Shown: positions 17,375 through 30,736 of the stretch, in pieces
Layout: each line of letters starts with the position of its first letter
Position numbering within the stretch: the stretch's first letter is position 1
Assembly: GCF_000012345.1 (NCBI RefSeq)
Contig: NC_007205.1
Span: forward strand, 210,001-242,000
DNA: 32,000 bases
Direction: 5' to 3'
Origin: Candidatus Pelagibacter ubique HTCC1062
GTDB taxonomy: Bacteria > Pseudomonadota > Alphaproteobacteria > Pelagibacterales > Pelagibacteraceae
Position numbers and translations under genes: made by a program
Notes under the pieces: generated by a model
Told to the model about the DNA's origin: nothing
Database searches by the model: none
What the model saw: only the letters and a program-made list of their open reading frames with translations

Positions 17375-17758
17375 GAGTTTTTAGCACATCAATTTTTTGA
17401 TCAACTAGGTATTTATTTTGATCTGTAATGTCACTATTTTTTGAATTTTCTTCTGCTTGAGTAAGTAGTTCACTAATTTTATCTTTATCAATATCTTTAA
17501 TATTAAAAATAGAACTTGTTAGAACTGATAAATTATTATTCTTAAATTCAACAATTCCATCCTCAACATAGTAATTATCCTCGCCTGATTTAGAAAAGAT
17601 TTTAATAATCCCCGGCTTTAGAAATGAAATAATTGAGATATGGTCCTTTAAAATCCCCATTTCTCCCTCAAAAGCAGGTACAACAACTTCTGTTACATCT
17701 TCTTTTGAAAGAAAAGATTTTTCTGGGTTTACAATTTCTATTTTGAACTCTTCACTCA

Positions 17759-17759
<1 letters not shown>
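17367..17759 (-). CDS. atpC: F1 ATP synthase epsilon subunit
   Basis: 130 aa, located immediately downstream of atpD with a TAATG overlap. The N-terminal beta-sandwich-like sequence (VVPAFEGEMGILKDHISIIS) is typical of epsilon. Confidence 0.9.
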
Positions 17760-20055
<2,296 letters not shown>

Positions 20056-20058
20056 ATT

Positions 20059-21594
20059 TTAAGAATTAAAGTTCTTCTTAAGTTCCATGATAGTATCAAC
20101 TAATGATTTTTCGGTATCTTCTTCAAGCTTACCTGAACTTAAAACAGATTCTAAAATTTCTGGTTTTTCAGATTTACATTTTTCAATAATCTTAGATTCG
20201 AACTCAGCAATATCTTTAAGTTCCACATCATCCAAATAACCTTTAACTCCACAGAAAACTGAAATTACTTGTTCAGCAACTGTCATAGGGGAATATTGTT
20301 TTTGTTTTAAAAGTTCAGTTAGTTTTGAACCTCTATTTAAAAGTTTTTGTGTAGATGCATCTAAATCAGATCCAAATTGTGCAAAGGCAGCCATCTCTCT
20401 ATATTGAGCAAGCTCTAGCTTCATTGAACCAGAAACTTTTTTCATTGCTTTTGTTTGTGCTGCAGATCCAACTCTAGAAACTGATAGACCTACGTTAATC
20501 GCTGGTCTAATTCCTTGGTTAAATAATTCTGTTTCAAGAAATATTTGACCATCCGTAATTGAAATAACGTTAGTTGGAATAAAAGCAGATACGTCTCCAC
20601 CTTGCGTTTCAATTATAGGAAGAGCGGTTAACGAACCTCCACCATGCTCATCACTAAGCTTGGCTGCTCTCTCAAGTAATCTGCTATGTAAATAAAATAC
20701 ATCTCCCGGATAAGCTTCTCTTCCTGGAGGTCTTCTTAATAAAAGTGACATTTGTCTATAAGCTACAGCCTGTTTAGATAAATCGTCATAAATGATTAAT
20801 GCATGCATACCATTATCTCTATAATATTCACCCATAGTACAGCCTGTATATGGTGCTAAAAACTGAAGCGGCGCTGCATCTGAAGCAGTAGCAGCAACAA
20901 TTGTTGTATATTCCATTGCACCAGCTTCTTCTAAAGTTTTTTGAATTTGTCTAACGGTAGATCTTTTTTGACCTATAGCAACATAGATACAATAAAGTTT
21001 TTGCTTCTCATCACCAGATTCATTTATTTTTTTCTGGTTAATAATCGCATCGATAGCAACTGCAGTTTTTCCAGTTTGTCTATCCCCAATAATTAATTCA
21101 CGCTGTCCTCTTCCAACTGGAACTAGACTGTCAATTGATTTTAAGCCTGTTTGCATTGGTTCACTAACAGATTGTCTTGGAATAATTCCAGGAGCTTTTA
21201 CTTCAACTCTACTTCTTTTAGTTGCTTTATCTAAAGCACCTTTGCCATCAATTGGATTTCCTAATCCATCAACAACTCTTCCTAATAATTCTTTTCCAAC
21301 AGGTGTATCAACAATACTTCCTGTTCTTTTAACAACGTCACCTTCTTTAATTTTTCTATCGTCTCCGAAAATTACAACTCCAACATTTTCACTTTCTAAG
21401 TTTAGAGCCATTCCTTTTGATCCATCAGAAAATTCTACCATCTCTCCAGCTTGAACATTGTCTAATCCGTACACTCTAGCAATACCATCTCCTACTGACA
21501 AAACTTGACCAACCTCAGTCACTTCTGCTTTATCGCCAAATTTTTTAATTTGCTCTTTTAATATCTTTGTTACTTCTGATGGGTTTATATCCAT
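20059..21594 (-). CDS. atpA: F1 ATP synthase alpha subunit
   Basis: Walker A GDRQTGKT plus the conserved stretches [38 protein letters not shown] and ITDGQIFL. Confidence 0.98.
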   Translation of the reverse strand: MDINPSEVTKILKEQIKKFGDKAEVTEVGQVLSVGDGIARVYGLDNVQAGEMVEFSDGSKGMALNLESENVGVVIFGDDRKIKEGDVVKRTGSIVDTPVGKELLGRVVDGLGNPIDGKGALDKATKRSRVEVKAPGIIPRQSVSEPMQTGLKSIDSLVPVGRGQRELIIGDRQTGKTAVAIDAIINQKKINESGDEKQKLYCIYVAIGQKRSTVRQIQKTLEEAGAMEYTTIVAATASDAAPLQFLAPYTGCTMGEYYRDNGMHALIIYDDLSKQAVAYRQMSLLLRRPPGREAYPGDVFYLHSRLLERAAKLSDEHGGGSLTALPIIETQGGDVSAFIPTNVISITDGQIFLETELFNQGIRPAINVGLSVSRVGSAAQTKAMKKVSGSMKLELAQYREMAAFAQFGSDLDASTQKLLNRGSKLTELLKQKQYSPMTVAEQVISVFCGVKGYLDDVELKDIAEFESKIIEKCKSEKPEILESVLSSGKLEEDTEKSLVDTIMELKKNFNS

Positions 21595-22152
21595 TTATGC
21601 CTCTATCATCCTATTTTCGATTTGTTGTAATTTATTTTTAATGGAAGTGTCCACCATTGTGCTTCCGACTTGCACAATCAAACCCCCAATTAAACTTGCA
21701 TCGTGTTTGTAGTTTAATTTTATTTTTGAACTAAAGTTTTTAGTCAATTCTTCTTTTATATTGTTAATTTCATTTTCGGTAAGATCTTTTGCAGAAGTTA
21801 ATTCTGCTTTTAATTCACCTCTTTTGACTGAACATGTCTCAACAAAGCTTTTTAGAATTTTATCCACATAAAAGAATCTTCTTTTAGATATTAGAAAGCT
21901 TAAAAATTTAGTTAATAATTCATTCAATTTATATTGTTCTGAAATTTTACTTAGAGCATTTAATTGGTCTTCTTTGTTATTCGTTGGATCCTTGATTAAA
22001 GATTTAAAATCTTCACTTGAAGTAATTAAATTGATAATTGAAGCAGAATGAACCTCGATCTCATTTAAATTATTAGCTTCTACAGCTAATTCATAAAGTG
22101 CCAGGGAATATCTACCTGCTGATGTTTCAGAAAAACCTTTATTTTTGCTCAA
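21595..22152 (-). CDS. atpH: F1 ATP synthase delta (OSCP) subunit
   Basis: 185 aa, the first gene of the atpHAGDC cluster. It has an OSCP-like N-terminus (AGRYSLALYELA) and C-terminus (LIGGLIVQVGSTMVDTSIKNKL). The start is TTG at 22150-22152, with AGGA 8 nt upstream. Confidence 0.9.
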   Translation of the reverse strand: MSKNKGFSETSAGRYSLALYELAVEANNLNEIEVHSASIINLITSSEDFKSLIKDPTNNKEDQLNALSKISEQYKLNELLTKFLSFLISKRRFFYVDKILKSFVETCSVKRGELKAELTSAKDLTENEINNIKEELTKNFSSKIKLNYKHDASLIGGLIVQVGSTMVDTSIKNKLQQIENRMIEA

Positions 22153-22262
22153 TTTATTGTTCCTTATAAATATTAGAAGATTTATTAAAATTTTGTTTTA
22201 ATTAACATATGACTCCTAGCTCTTCAAGTCACACATTGTCTAAAAGTCTTGTTTTTTCTTTG

Positions 22263-24218
22263 TTAATTGAAGTTTATTGGGTCAACATCAACCGTTAGTT
22301 TCATTCCAGCTGGAAATTTGAATTTTTCAATGACTTTTGAAAGGGAATTTTGAACCTTGAGAGATTTTCGACCCCTGATCAAAAGTCTTACTCTAAACCT
22401 TCTTTTTAATCTAAATATAGGTGCATTTACAGGACCAAGCACTCTACCATCAACAGCACTTTCTATAAAACTTTTAAATTTATAAGCCTCTTTTTCAAGT
22501 TCTCTTTCATTATTACCGGTAATTATTAAGGCAATAAATCTTTGAAACGGTGGAAGGTTATTTTCCCTTCTAATTTCAAGTTCTTTATCTAAAAAAATAT
22601 CAGGATCTTTATTGGTAATGTCTGTTATCATTTTGGTATCTAAATTATAAGTTTGAAAATAAACAGTTGCTGGCTTTCCTGTTCTTCCTGCTCTACCTGA
22701 AAGTTGATGATATAATTGTAAATTCTTTTCAGCACCTCTTAGGTCGTGACCTTGTGATGATAAATCGATATCAACAACAACAATACAATTTAAACTTGGA
22801 AAGTGAAATCCTTTAGAAATTAATTGAGTTCCAATTAAAATTTGAATTTTATTATCTATAATTTTTTCTAAAACATCTGCTGAACTTTTTTTATTCATTG
22901 TATCGCTAGAAAATATAGTTGTTTCATTGGTGGGAAAAATTTTTTTTACTTCTTCTGATATCCTTTCAACTCCAGGCCCACTAAAAATAAAATCACATTT
23001 TCCTTCTTTTGAGCAGTCCCTATTTAGTAAAGTTTTGTATCCACAGTAGTGACATAATAAATTTTGTTTGTTTTTGTGATAAACTAAATTTATTGAACAA
23101 TTTGGACATGAATAACTAGTAAAACATTTTTTACATAAAACATGGGGTGAAAATCCTCTTCTATTTAAAAAAAATAATACTTGATCTTTTTTTTCAAGAT
23201 GAAATTTTACTTTCTCGATTGTTTCTTTAGCTATCCAAGATTGAGATTCGAGTTTGGAATTATTTAGATTAATTATTTCATATTTTGGTAAAGATGCATT
23301 TAAATATCTTTGATCAAGTTTTGATAAACTATATTTGCCTTTTTTAATATTGTCATAAGTTTCAATAGAGGGTACGGCTGTTATTAAATTGATTGGAATA
23401 TTTTCAAAGGATGCTCTAGAAATTGCCATATCTCTTGCGTTATAAGTTACTCCCTCATCTTGCTTATAAGATTGATCATGTTCTTCATCAACAATGATTA
23501 ATCCTAGTTTTTTAAAAGGTAAAAATAATGAAGATCGAGCACCAATTACAACTTTAATTTTATCATTTGCTATTCCACTCCAAATAATTTCTTTATTTTT
23601 TTTTGTAATACCTGAGTGCCACACAGCAGGCTTGAAACCAAAAAATTCTATAAATTTATTTTGAAATTGTCCTGTTAATCCGATTTCTGGTAATAGAATT
23701 AATCCTTGAAAACCCTTATCAATTATCTCTTTTAAAGCTTCAAAATAGACCATTGTTTTACCTGAGCCTGTAGTACCTTGTAAAACATGAACTCTAAATT
23801 TTTGATTTAATACATTCATTTTTTTTAATGAATTTTTTTGCTCTTTAGAAAGTTTTATTTCATTTTCTTTGATATCAATTTTGAATGGCTCATAAGCTTC
23901 AATTGGTAACTTTTCTATGGCGCCACTACTTAATAATAACAATTTTAATGCCATACCTTTAGGGGTCATATTGTATTCAGAAAACCAATTTAAGAATTTA
24001 ATTGTATTTTTCTTTAAGGGTGGAACATCTAATTTTCTTAAAACTTTTTTAATAGCAAAATTTTTGTTTGTTTTTTTTTCAAAATCATCCCATACAACTC
24101 CAGTCACCTCTGACTTTCCAAAAGGCACTGCCACGTAGTCTCCAACTTTTAAATTTAAATCTGAATTATAGGTAAATGGATGATTAAAAATATTTGGTAT
24201 AAGAATCGGTACTTTCAT
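22263..24218 (-). CDS. priA: Primosomal replication-restart helicase PriA
   Basis: 651 aa with Walker A GTTGSGKT, the DEEH box IVDEEHD, a Cys-rich zinc-binding insert (CKKC...CPNC...CHYC...C-x5-C), and the helicase C-terminal motifs QLSGRAGR. Confidence 0.93.
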   Translation of the reverse strand: MKVPILIPNIFNHPFTYNSDLNLKVGDYVAVPFGKSEVTGVVWDDFEKKTNKNFAIKKVLRKLDVPPLKKNTIKFLNWFSEYNMTPKGMALKLLLLSSGAIEKLPIEAYEPFKIDIKENEIKLSKEQKNSLKKMNVLNQKFRVHVLQGTTGSGKTMVYFEALKEIIDKGFQGLILLPEIGLTGQFQNKFIEFFGFKPAVWHSGITKKNKEIIWSGIANDKIKVVIGARSSLFLPFKKLGLIIVDEEHDQSYKQDEGVTYNARDMAISRASFENIPINLITAVPSIETYDNIKKGKYSLSKLDQRYLNASLPKYEIINLNNSKLESQSWIAKETIEKVKFHLEKKDQVLFFLNRRGFSPHVLCKKCFTSYSCPNCSINLVYHKNKQNLLCHYCGYKTLLNRDCSKEGKCDFIFSGPGVERISEEVKKIFPTNETTIFSSDTMNKKSSADVLEKIIDNKIQILIGTQLISKGFHFPSLNCIVVVDIDLSSQGHDLRGAEKNLQLYHQLSGRAGRTGKPATVYFQTYNLDTKMITDITNKDPDIFLDKELEIRRENNLPPFQRFIALIITGNNERELEKEAYKFKSFIESAVDGRVLGPVNAPIFRLKRRFRVRLLIRGRKSLKVQNSLSKVIEKFKFPAGMKLTVDVDPINFN

Positions 24219-24240
24219 ATTTTTATAATATGAAAATACT

Positions 24241-25641
24241 TTAAGAGTGTATTGCTCTTTTATCTACTGATAAAGCTGCTTCTTTTACAGCTTCTGAGAA
24301 TGTTGGATGCGCATGACACGTTCTTGCAATATCCTCAGCGCTAGCACCAAACTCCATTGCTACTCCAATTTCTCCAATTAATTCACCTGCATGAGGTCCA
24401 ATAATATGTGCTCCTAAAACTCTATCTGTTTTTTCATCAGCTAAGATTTTCACAAAACCTTCTGCTTCATCAATTGCTTTAGCTCTTGAATTTGCCATAA
24501 ATGAAAATTTACCAATTTTATATTTAGTATTTGCTTCTTTTAATTGTTCTTCTGTTTTCCCAATTGAAGCAACCTCTGGTGTTGTATAAACAACTCCAGG
24601 AATAATATCATAATTAACATGTCCTGATTGTCCTGCAATATTTTCTGCAACTGCAATACCTTCGTCCTCAGCTTTGTGAGCAAGCATCGGTCCATCAATT
24701 ACATCTCCAATAGCATATACATTCTTAACATTTGTTTGAAATGTTTTGTCAGTTTTAATTCTTTTCTTTTCATCTAATTCAACACCAATTGCTTCTAAAT
24801 TTAAGTTAGTTGTATTAGGTTTTCTACCAACAGATATAAGAACTACATCACAATCAAAATCTGCTTTTTTTCCATCTTTATCTGATGTTGAAACTATAGC
24901 ACCATTAGCATTTTTTTTAATTCCTTCTACTTTTGTCTGCATATGAAAATTAATTCCTTGTTTCTTTAATATTTTCATAAACTCTGTAGATATTTCTCTA
25001 TCCATACTAGGAGTAATATGCTCTAAAAATTCAACCACATGAACCTCAGCACCTAATCTAGACCAAACAGATCCCATCTCCAACCCTATATAACCACCAC
25101 CAACTACAACCATTTTTTTTGGCACAGTTTCTAAAGTTAATGCTCCTGTTGAAGATACAATTATTTTTTCATCAAATTCAATACCTGGTAATGCAACTGG
25201 AACTGACCCGGTGCTAATAACTGTTTTATCTGTTTCAATTATAGTTTCTTTTTTTTGATCATCTAATATTGAAATTTTATTTGCAGATTTAAAGCTTCCT
25301 GTACCCTTAAAGTAAGTGACTTTATTTTTCTTAAATAAAAATTCTACACCTTTAGTCAAAATTGTTACTGCTTTATCCTTATTTTGCATCATTTTTTGAA
25401 GATTAAGTTTTACCTCACCCACTTCTATGCCAAGTTTAGAAAAATTTTGTGCCTTATGATAATTTTCAGAAATATTTAATAAATTTTTAGAAGGTATGCA
25501 CCCTACATTTAAACAGGTTCCACCTAACGAACCTCTTGATTCTATACATGCGGTTTTAAGTCCTAATTGTGCTAATCTTATCGCACACACATAGCCTCCT
25601 GGACCACCACCTATTACTACTGCTTGAAATTTATCTGACAT
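24241..25641 (-). CDS. lpdA: Dihydrolipoyl dehydrogenase (E3)
   Basis: FAD motif VIGGGPGGY, redox-active disulfide GGTCLNVGCIPSK, NAD motif VVGGGYIGLE, and C-terminal HAHPTFSE. Confidence 0.96.
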   Translation of the reverse strand: MSDKFQAVVIGGGPGGYVCAIRLAQLGLKTACIESRGSLGGTCLNVGCIPSKNLLNISENYHKAQNFSKLGIEVGEVKLNLQKMMQNKDKAVTILTKGVEFLFKKNKVTYFKGTGSFKSANKISILDDQKKETIIETDKTVISTGSVPVALPGIEFDEKIIVSSTGALTLETVPKKMVVVGGGYIGLEMGSVWSRLGAEVHVVEFLEHITPSMDREISTEFMKILKKQGINFHMQTKVEGIKKNANGAIVSTSDKDGKKADFDCDVVLISVGRKPNTTNLNLEAIGVELDEKKRIKTDKTFQTNVKNVYAIGDVIDGPMLAHKAEDEGIAVAENIAGQSGHVNYDIIPGVVYTTPEVASIGKTEEQLKEANTKYKIGKFSFMANSRAKAIDEAEGFVKILADEKTDRVLGAHIIGPHAGELIGEIGVAMEFGASAEDIARTCHAHPTFSEAVKEAALSVDKRAIHS

Positions 25642-26919
25642 TTAAATATTTAAAAATAACCTTCTTGGATCCTCTAAATTTTCTTTAACCATTTTTAAGA
25701 ATGATACTGACTCTTTTCCATCTATAATTCTGTGATCATAAGATAAGGCAAGATACATAATAGGTCTAATTTTAATCTCACCATCAACTACCATTGGTCT
25801 TTCGACTATATTATGCATACCTAATACACCAGATTGAGGTAAGTTTAATATTGGAGTAGATAACATTGAACCATACACTCCACCATTACTAATTGTAAAA
25901 GTTCCACCCTGAAGGTCTTCTATGGTTATTTTTCCATCTCTCGCTTTTTCAGAAATAGTTTTAATATTTTTTTCAATATCAGCAAATGACAATTGATCTG
26001 CATCCCTTAATACTGGTACTACTAATCCTTTTTCAGTTCCTACTGCAAAACTCATATTATAATAATTTTTATAAATAATTTCATCTCCATCAATTTCAGC
26101 ATTAACAGATGGATACATTTTTAGTGCAGCAACACATGCTTTTACAAAAAATGACATGAACCCTAATTTAATTCCGTATCTGCTTTGGAAATCTTCCTGG
26201 TTCTCTTTTCTCATTTCCATTATGCCAGTCATATCAACTTCATTGAAAGTTGTTAATAATGCTGCATTTTCTTGTGCTTGTTTTAATCTTTTTGCAATTG
26301 TTTGTCTAAGCCTAGACATTTTAATTCTCTCTTCTTGACCGTATTTAATTTTTCTTTCTGATGGTTGAGGGTTCTCTCCCATCATACTAATTAGGTCACC
26401 TTTAAGAACTCTACCCTCTTTACCAGAGCCACTAACTTTTTTTAAATCAATTTTATTTTCAACTACAATTTTTCTTACTGCTGGTGAAAGTATTTCATTA
26501 TTATTATTTGAAGAATTAGTTTTCTCCTCTTTAACCTCATTGGTTAATACCAATGGCTCTTCCTCTTCAGGTTCTTTAAGAACTTTAGGAGCTTCTTTTT
26601 TAATTTCTAAATTAACTACATTATTTTCTGTTTTCTTAGGTTCAATTTTTGTAATTATCTTTTTTTCAGATGGTTGAGCTCCATTTTGACTTATCATACC
26701 AAGAAGAGCACCTACTTCAACTGTTTCTCCATCTTTAGAATTTATTTCGGACAAAACCCCATCAATTGGAGATGGTACTTCTAAATTAACTTTATCAGTT
26801 TCTAATTCTACAATTGCCTCATCAGCTACCACTGTATCGCCTTCTTTCTTAAGCCACTTAGCAACTGTCGCTTCAGTAATGCTTTCTCCAAGAACTGGTA
26901 CTAAAATTTTTTCGCTCAT
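25642..26919 (-). CDS. sucB: 2-oxoglutarate dehydrogenase E2 (dihydrolipoyllysine succinyltransferase)
   Basis: It has a single N-terminal lipoyl domain ([15 protein letters not shown]), a low-complexity linker, an E3-binding region (SPAVRK) and the catalytic motif [10 protein letters not shown]. It sits between sucA and lpdA. Confidence 0.95.
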   Translation of the reverse strand: MSEKILVPVLGESITEATVAKWLKKEGDTVVADEAIVELETDKVNLEVPSPIDGVLSEINSKDGETVEVGALLGMISQNGAQPSEKKIITKIEPKKTENNVVNLEIKKEAPKVLKEPEEEEPLVLTNEVKEEKTNSSNNNNEILSPAVRKIVVENKIDLKKVSGSGKEGRVLKGDLISMMGENPQPSERKIKYGQEERIKMSRLRQTIAKRLKQAQENAALLTTFNEVDMTGIMEMRKENQEDFQSRYGIKLGFMSFFVKACVAALKMYPSVNAEIDGDEIIYKNYYNMSFAVGTEKGLVVPVLRDADQLSFADIEKNIKTISEKARDGKITIEDLQGGTFTISNGGVYGSMLSTPILNLPQSGVLGMHNIVERPMVVDGEIKIRPIMYLALSYDHRIIDGKESVSFLKMVKENLEDPRRLFLNI

Positions 26920-26921
26920 TT

Positions 26922-29825
26922 TTATTCAAAAACCTTTTTTATAATTTCTTGTTGTTGGGCAAGATGTCTTTTTGCATAACCTGTAGCTGGAGACGCGTCT
27001 GGGCTTCTTCCTATATAAGAAATTCCAGTATTATTAGCGTTAATAGTTTCTAATGTCCATTGTATATAATCTCTTACAGAAAACCATGCCCCCATATTTT
27101 TTGGTTCTTCTTGGCACCAATAAAAATTAGCATTTTTTGCATATTTTTTAATTTCTCTAACTAAACTTTTTACCGGAAAAGGATAAAGTTGTTCAATTCT
27201 GTACAATACTACATCGTCTTTCTTAAGTTTTTCTCTTGCTTCTAGTAGATCAAAATAAACTTTTCCTGAACATAAAATTACTTTTTTAATTTTTGAGCTT
27301 TCTTTTAATTTTATAAATCCATTTTCTTCATCTAGTGCATGATCCCATAAAATTCTATGAAAAAAGTTATCTTTACCAAAGTCTTCTATATTTGAAACAC
27401 AATGCTTATTTCTTAATAAAGATTTTGGAGTCATTATTATTAATGGCTTTCTAAATTCTCTATGCATTTGTCGTCTTAAAGCATGATAATAATTTGCAGG
27501 AGTTGTACAATTCAATACTTGTAAGTTATCATTTGCGCATAGTTGTAAAAATCTTTCTAGTCTTGCTGAAGAGTGTTCTGGTCCTTGGCCTTCATATCCA
27601 TGAGGTAAAAGCATTACTAGCCCTGATGCTCTAGTCCATTTTCTTTCTCCTGATGCAATAAACTGATCAATAACTACTTGTGCTCCATTTGCAAAATCTC
27701 CAAATTGTGCTTCCCAAATAGTTAAAGTATTAGGTTCAACTAAACTATATCCATACTCAAAACCTAAAACTGCTAATTCTGATAAAAAACTATCAACTAT
27801 TTCATATCTCATTTGATTTTTTGAAATATTATTTAAAGGTATATATCTAGAGTTGTCTTCTTGATTCCTCAAAACTGAATGTCTTTGACTAAATGTTCCT
27901 CTACCAGAATCTTGTCCAACTAATCTTACTGGATAACCTTCTTCTAACAATGATCCAAATGCTAGTGCTTCAGCGGTTGACCAGTCAATACCTTTTCCAT
28001 TAGATACCGATGCTTTCCTAGCATCTAAAATTTTAACAATAGTTTTATGTAATTTTAATTTTTCTGGAGTTGCATTAATTTTTTCAGAAATTTCTAAAAG
28101 TTTTTGTTGATCATAGCCACTTACACCTCTTTTATCTTTTCCTTTTTCTGGTTTATATCTTGACCATGTTCCCTCATACCATTCTATTTTTGGTTTATAG
28201 TCTTTTGCATTTTTATATTGATCATCAAGCAAATTTTTAAAATCTGTTTTAAATTTACTTAACTCACTTTCTGAAAGTGTATTTTCATTTACTAATTTTT
28301 TCCCATACATCTCAACTGGTGTAGGGTGAGACCTAATTTTTTTATACATCAATGGCTGTGTAAAAGAAGGTTCGTCTCCTTCATTATGTCCGAATCTTCT
28401 ATAACAGATCAAATCAACCACTACGTCTCTATTAAATTTTAATCTAAATTCTGTTGCAATCCTTGTTGCATAAACAACTGCTTCTGGATCATCTCCATTC
28501 ACATGAAGTATTGGAGCGTCTACCATTTTTGCAACATCAGATGGATATGGTGATGACCTTGCAAACCTTGGGCTTGTAGTAAAGCCTATTTGATTATTAA
28601 CAATAATATGAATTGTACCACCTGTATTATGGCCTGGTAAACCAGACATGGCAAAACATTCAGTCACAACTCCTTGTCCAGCAAAGGCTGCATCTCCATG
28701 TATCAGAATTGGTATAACTTTATTTCTTTCTTTATCTTTGTGAAAAAATTGTTTTGCTCGAGTTTGTCCTAGTACCACAGGATTGACTGCTTCTAAATGT
28801 GAAGGGTTATCTGTAAGACTAACATGCACAGAATTGCCATCAAACTCTCTATTTGATGATGCCCCTAGATGGTATTTTACATCTCCCGCACCTTCTTCCC
28901 CTGATGTTTGAATATCTCCTGCAAATTCATTAAATATTCTTTTGTAAGATTTTTGTAATACATTTGCTAATACATTAAGTCTTCCTCGATGAGACATACC
29001 AATTTTTACTTCTTTAACTTTAGCTTGCCCACCAATTTTAATTATTTGTTCTAGCGCAGGTATTAAGCCTTCTCCCCCATCTAAACCAAATCTTTTTGTA
29101 CCCACATATTTTTTATGTAAAAATTTTTCAAAACCTTCTGCTTGAATTAGTTTCATTAAAATAGCTTCTTTACCATTTTTCGTAAATTGAAGAGAGTTCT
29201 CATCTTGCTCAATTCTATCTCTAAGCCATTTTCTTTCTGTTGGGTTTGATATGTGCATATATTCATAACCAATTGGACCACAGTAAGTTTTATTTAGGAA
29301 ATTTAATATTTCTTTTATAGAAGAGTGTTCTTTATTAATTACGCCATCTAAATAAATTTTCTCATCATAATTTTCTTTTTTAAATCCATAATGCTCAGGA
29401 TGAAGTTCATCTAGATATTCTGTTTCCATCATTCCTAGAGGATCAAGCTTAGCTAATAAATGTCCTCTTTGTCTATATGCTCTAATTAACGCAACAGCTC
29501 TAATTGAGTTAATATTGCTTTTGACTAAATCTTTTGAATTAACTTTTGCAATGTTGCCTTCATTAGAAAGTTTTTTTTCATCTTCTTCAATCCTTTTTTC
29601 AACTTCATCAATATCAATTTTTTTTTTTATATTCCATGATGGACCATTAATTTCTTTGGCAATCATACTTAAATCTTCACTCATACCCTCAAAATAATTT
29701 TGCCAGCTTTCAGGAAGATCTTTGTCTTTATTTATAAACTTTAAATACATTTGCTCTATAAATGCACTGTTAGACTTACTAAGAAATGAAGTTTTTTCGA
29801 ATTCGAGATTTTTTGATGATGACAT
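26922..29825 (-). CDS. sucA: 2-oxoglutarate dehydrogenase E1 component
   Basis: 967 aa with [13 protein letters not shown], a ThDP-binding region ([12 protein letters not shown]) and [13 protein letters not shown]. Both length and motifs are typical of SucA. Confidence 0.96.
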   Translation of the reverse strand: MSSSKNLEFEKTSFLSKSNSAFIEQMYLKFINKDKDLPESWQNYFEGMSEDLSMIAKEINGPSWNIKKKIDIDEVEKRIEEDEKKLSNEGNIAKVNSKDLVKSNINSIRAVALIRAYRQRGHLLAKLDPLGMMETEYLDELHPEHYGFKKENYDEKIYLDGVINKEHSSIKEILNFLNKTYCGPIGYEYMHISNPTERKWLRDRIEQDENSLQFTKNGKEAILMKLIQAEGFEKFLHKKYVGTKRFGLDGGEGLIPALEQIIKIGGQAKVKEVKIGMSHRGRLNVLANVLQKSYKRIFNEFAGDIQTSGEEGAGDVKYHLGASSNREFDGNSVHVSLTDNPSHLEAVNPVVLGQTRAKQFFHKDKERNKVIPILIHGDAAFAGQGVVTECFAMSGLPGHNTGGTIHIIVNNQIGFTTSPRFARSSPYPSDVAKMVDAPILHVNGDDPEAVVYATRIATEFRLKFNRDVVVDLICYRRFGHNEGDEPSFTQPLMYKKIRSHPTPVEMYGKKLVNENTLSESELSKFKTDFKNLLDDQYKNAKDYKPKIEWYEGTWSRYKPEKGKDKRGVSGYDQQKLLEISEKINATPEKLKLHKTIVKILDARKASVSNGKGIDWSTAEALAFGSLLEEGYPVRLVGQDSGRGTFSQRHSVLRNQEDNSRYIPLNNISKNQMRYEIVDSFLSELAVLGFEYGYSLVEPNTLTIWEAQFGDFANGAQVVIDQFIASGERKWTRASGLVMLLPHGYEGQGPEHSSARLERFLQLCANDNLQVLNCTTPANYYHALRRQMHREFRKPLIIMTPKSLLRNKHCVSNIEDFGKDNFFHRILWDHALDEENGFIKLKESSKIKKVILCSGKVYFDLLEAREKLKKDDVVLYRIEQLYPFPVKSLVREIKKYAKNANFYWCQEEPKNMGAWFSVRDYIQWTLETINANNTGISYIGRSPDASPATGYAKRHLAQQQEIIKKVFE

Positions 29826-29859
29826 CTATTCTATTGATATAATATCAGATAAATAATTT

Positions 29860-30735
29860 TCAATTAGATAATTTATTAAATAATGTTTTGCCAAGTTCTG
29901 ATGGTGATTTTGCAATTGTAATTCCACATTCTTCCATTTTTTTTATCTTATCTTCTGCTCCGCCCTTACCACCTGAAATAATAGCTCCTGCATGACCCAT
30001 TGTTCTTCCTGGAGGTGCGGTTATTCCAGCAACAAATCCAACCATAGGTTTTTTTATTTTATGGTTTTTAACAAATTCAGCCGCTTCTTCTTCTGCAGAA
30101 CCACCAATTTCACCAATCATAAGAATAGATTCCGTCTCAGCATCATTTAAAAATAAATCTAAACAATCAATAAAGTTTGTTCCATTTATTGGATCTCCAC
30201 CAATTCCTATACAAGTAGATTGTCCTAATCCGTTTTCAGTTGTTTGTGCAACTGCCTCATAAGTTAAAGTTCCAGATCTTGAAACAATTCCAACAGAACC
30301 TTTCTTGTGAATATTTCCAGGCATAATTCCAATCTTACATTCATCAGGCGTAATTATTCCTGGACAATTAGGTCCTATCAATCTGCTTTTTGAATTATTT
30401 AGCTTTTGTTTTACACGAAGCATATCTTGAATTGGTACACCTTCGGTAATACAAACTATAAGCTCAATGGATGCATCAATTGCTTCTATAATAGCTGCCG
30501 CTGCAAATTTTGCTGGCACATAAATCATAGTTGCATCAGCGCCAACTTCTTGTTTTGCTTCAGCTACAGTATTAAATACTGGACGGTCAAGATGTTTTTG
30601 TCCTCCCTTTTTTGGAGTAACTCCACCCACAAGATTAGTTCCATATTTTAATGCTTGTTCTGAATGAAAAGTTCCATGTGTACCTGTAAAACCTTGGCAT
30701 ATAACTTTTGTATTTTTATCAATTAAAACTGACAT
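29860..30735 (-). CDS. sucD: Succinyl-CoA synthetase alpha subunit
   Basis: [21 protein letters not shown], and the phosphohistidine loop [11 protein letters not shown] are present. Confidence 0.97.
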   Translation of the reverse strand: MSVLIDKNTKVICQGFTGTHGTFHSEQALKYGTNLVGGVTPKKGGQKHLDRPVFNTVAEAKQEVGADATMIYVPAKFAAAAIIEAIDASIELIVCITEGVPIQDMLRVKQKLNNSKSRLIGPNCPGIITPDECKIGIMPGNIHKKGSVGIVSRSGTLTYEAVAQTTENGLGQSTCIGIGGDPINGTNFIDCLDLFLNDAETESILMIGEIGGSAEEEAAEFVKNHKIKKPMVGFVAGITAPPGRTMGHAGAIISGGKGGAEDKIKKMEECGITIAKSPSELGKTLFNKLSN

Positions 30736-30736
30736 T

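Noticed and set aside
22960-23110. The fourth cysteine pair of the PriA zinc-binding insert is C-x5-C (CSKEGKC) rather than the usual CxxC (CPxCG).
   Set aside because: The other three CxxC pairs and all helicase motifs are intact. Spacing variation in this insert is plausible among divergent PriA proteins. I cannot judge novelty without an alignment, so I note it only as a variant.
29835-29847. A perfect 13-nt palindrome, TGATAT-A-ATATCA, in the 34-nt sucD/sucA spacer, considered as a possible operator or hairpin.
   Set aside because: With about 70 percent A+T, 6-bp inverted arms are expected many times by chance in 32 kb (my rough estimate is more than ten). A 1-nt centre cannot form a stable RNA hairpin, and there is no flanking conservation evidence.
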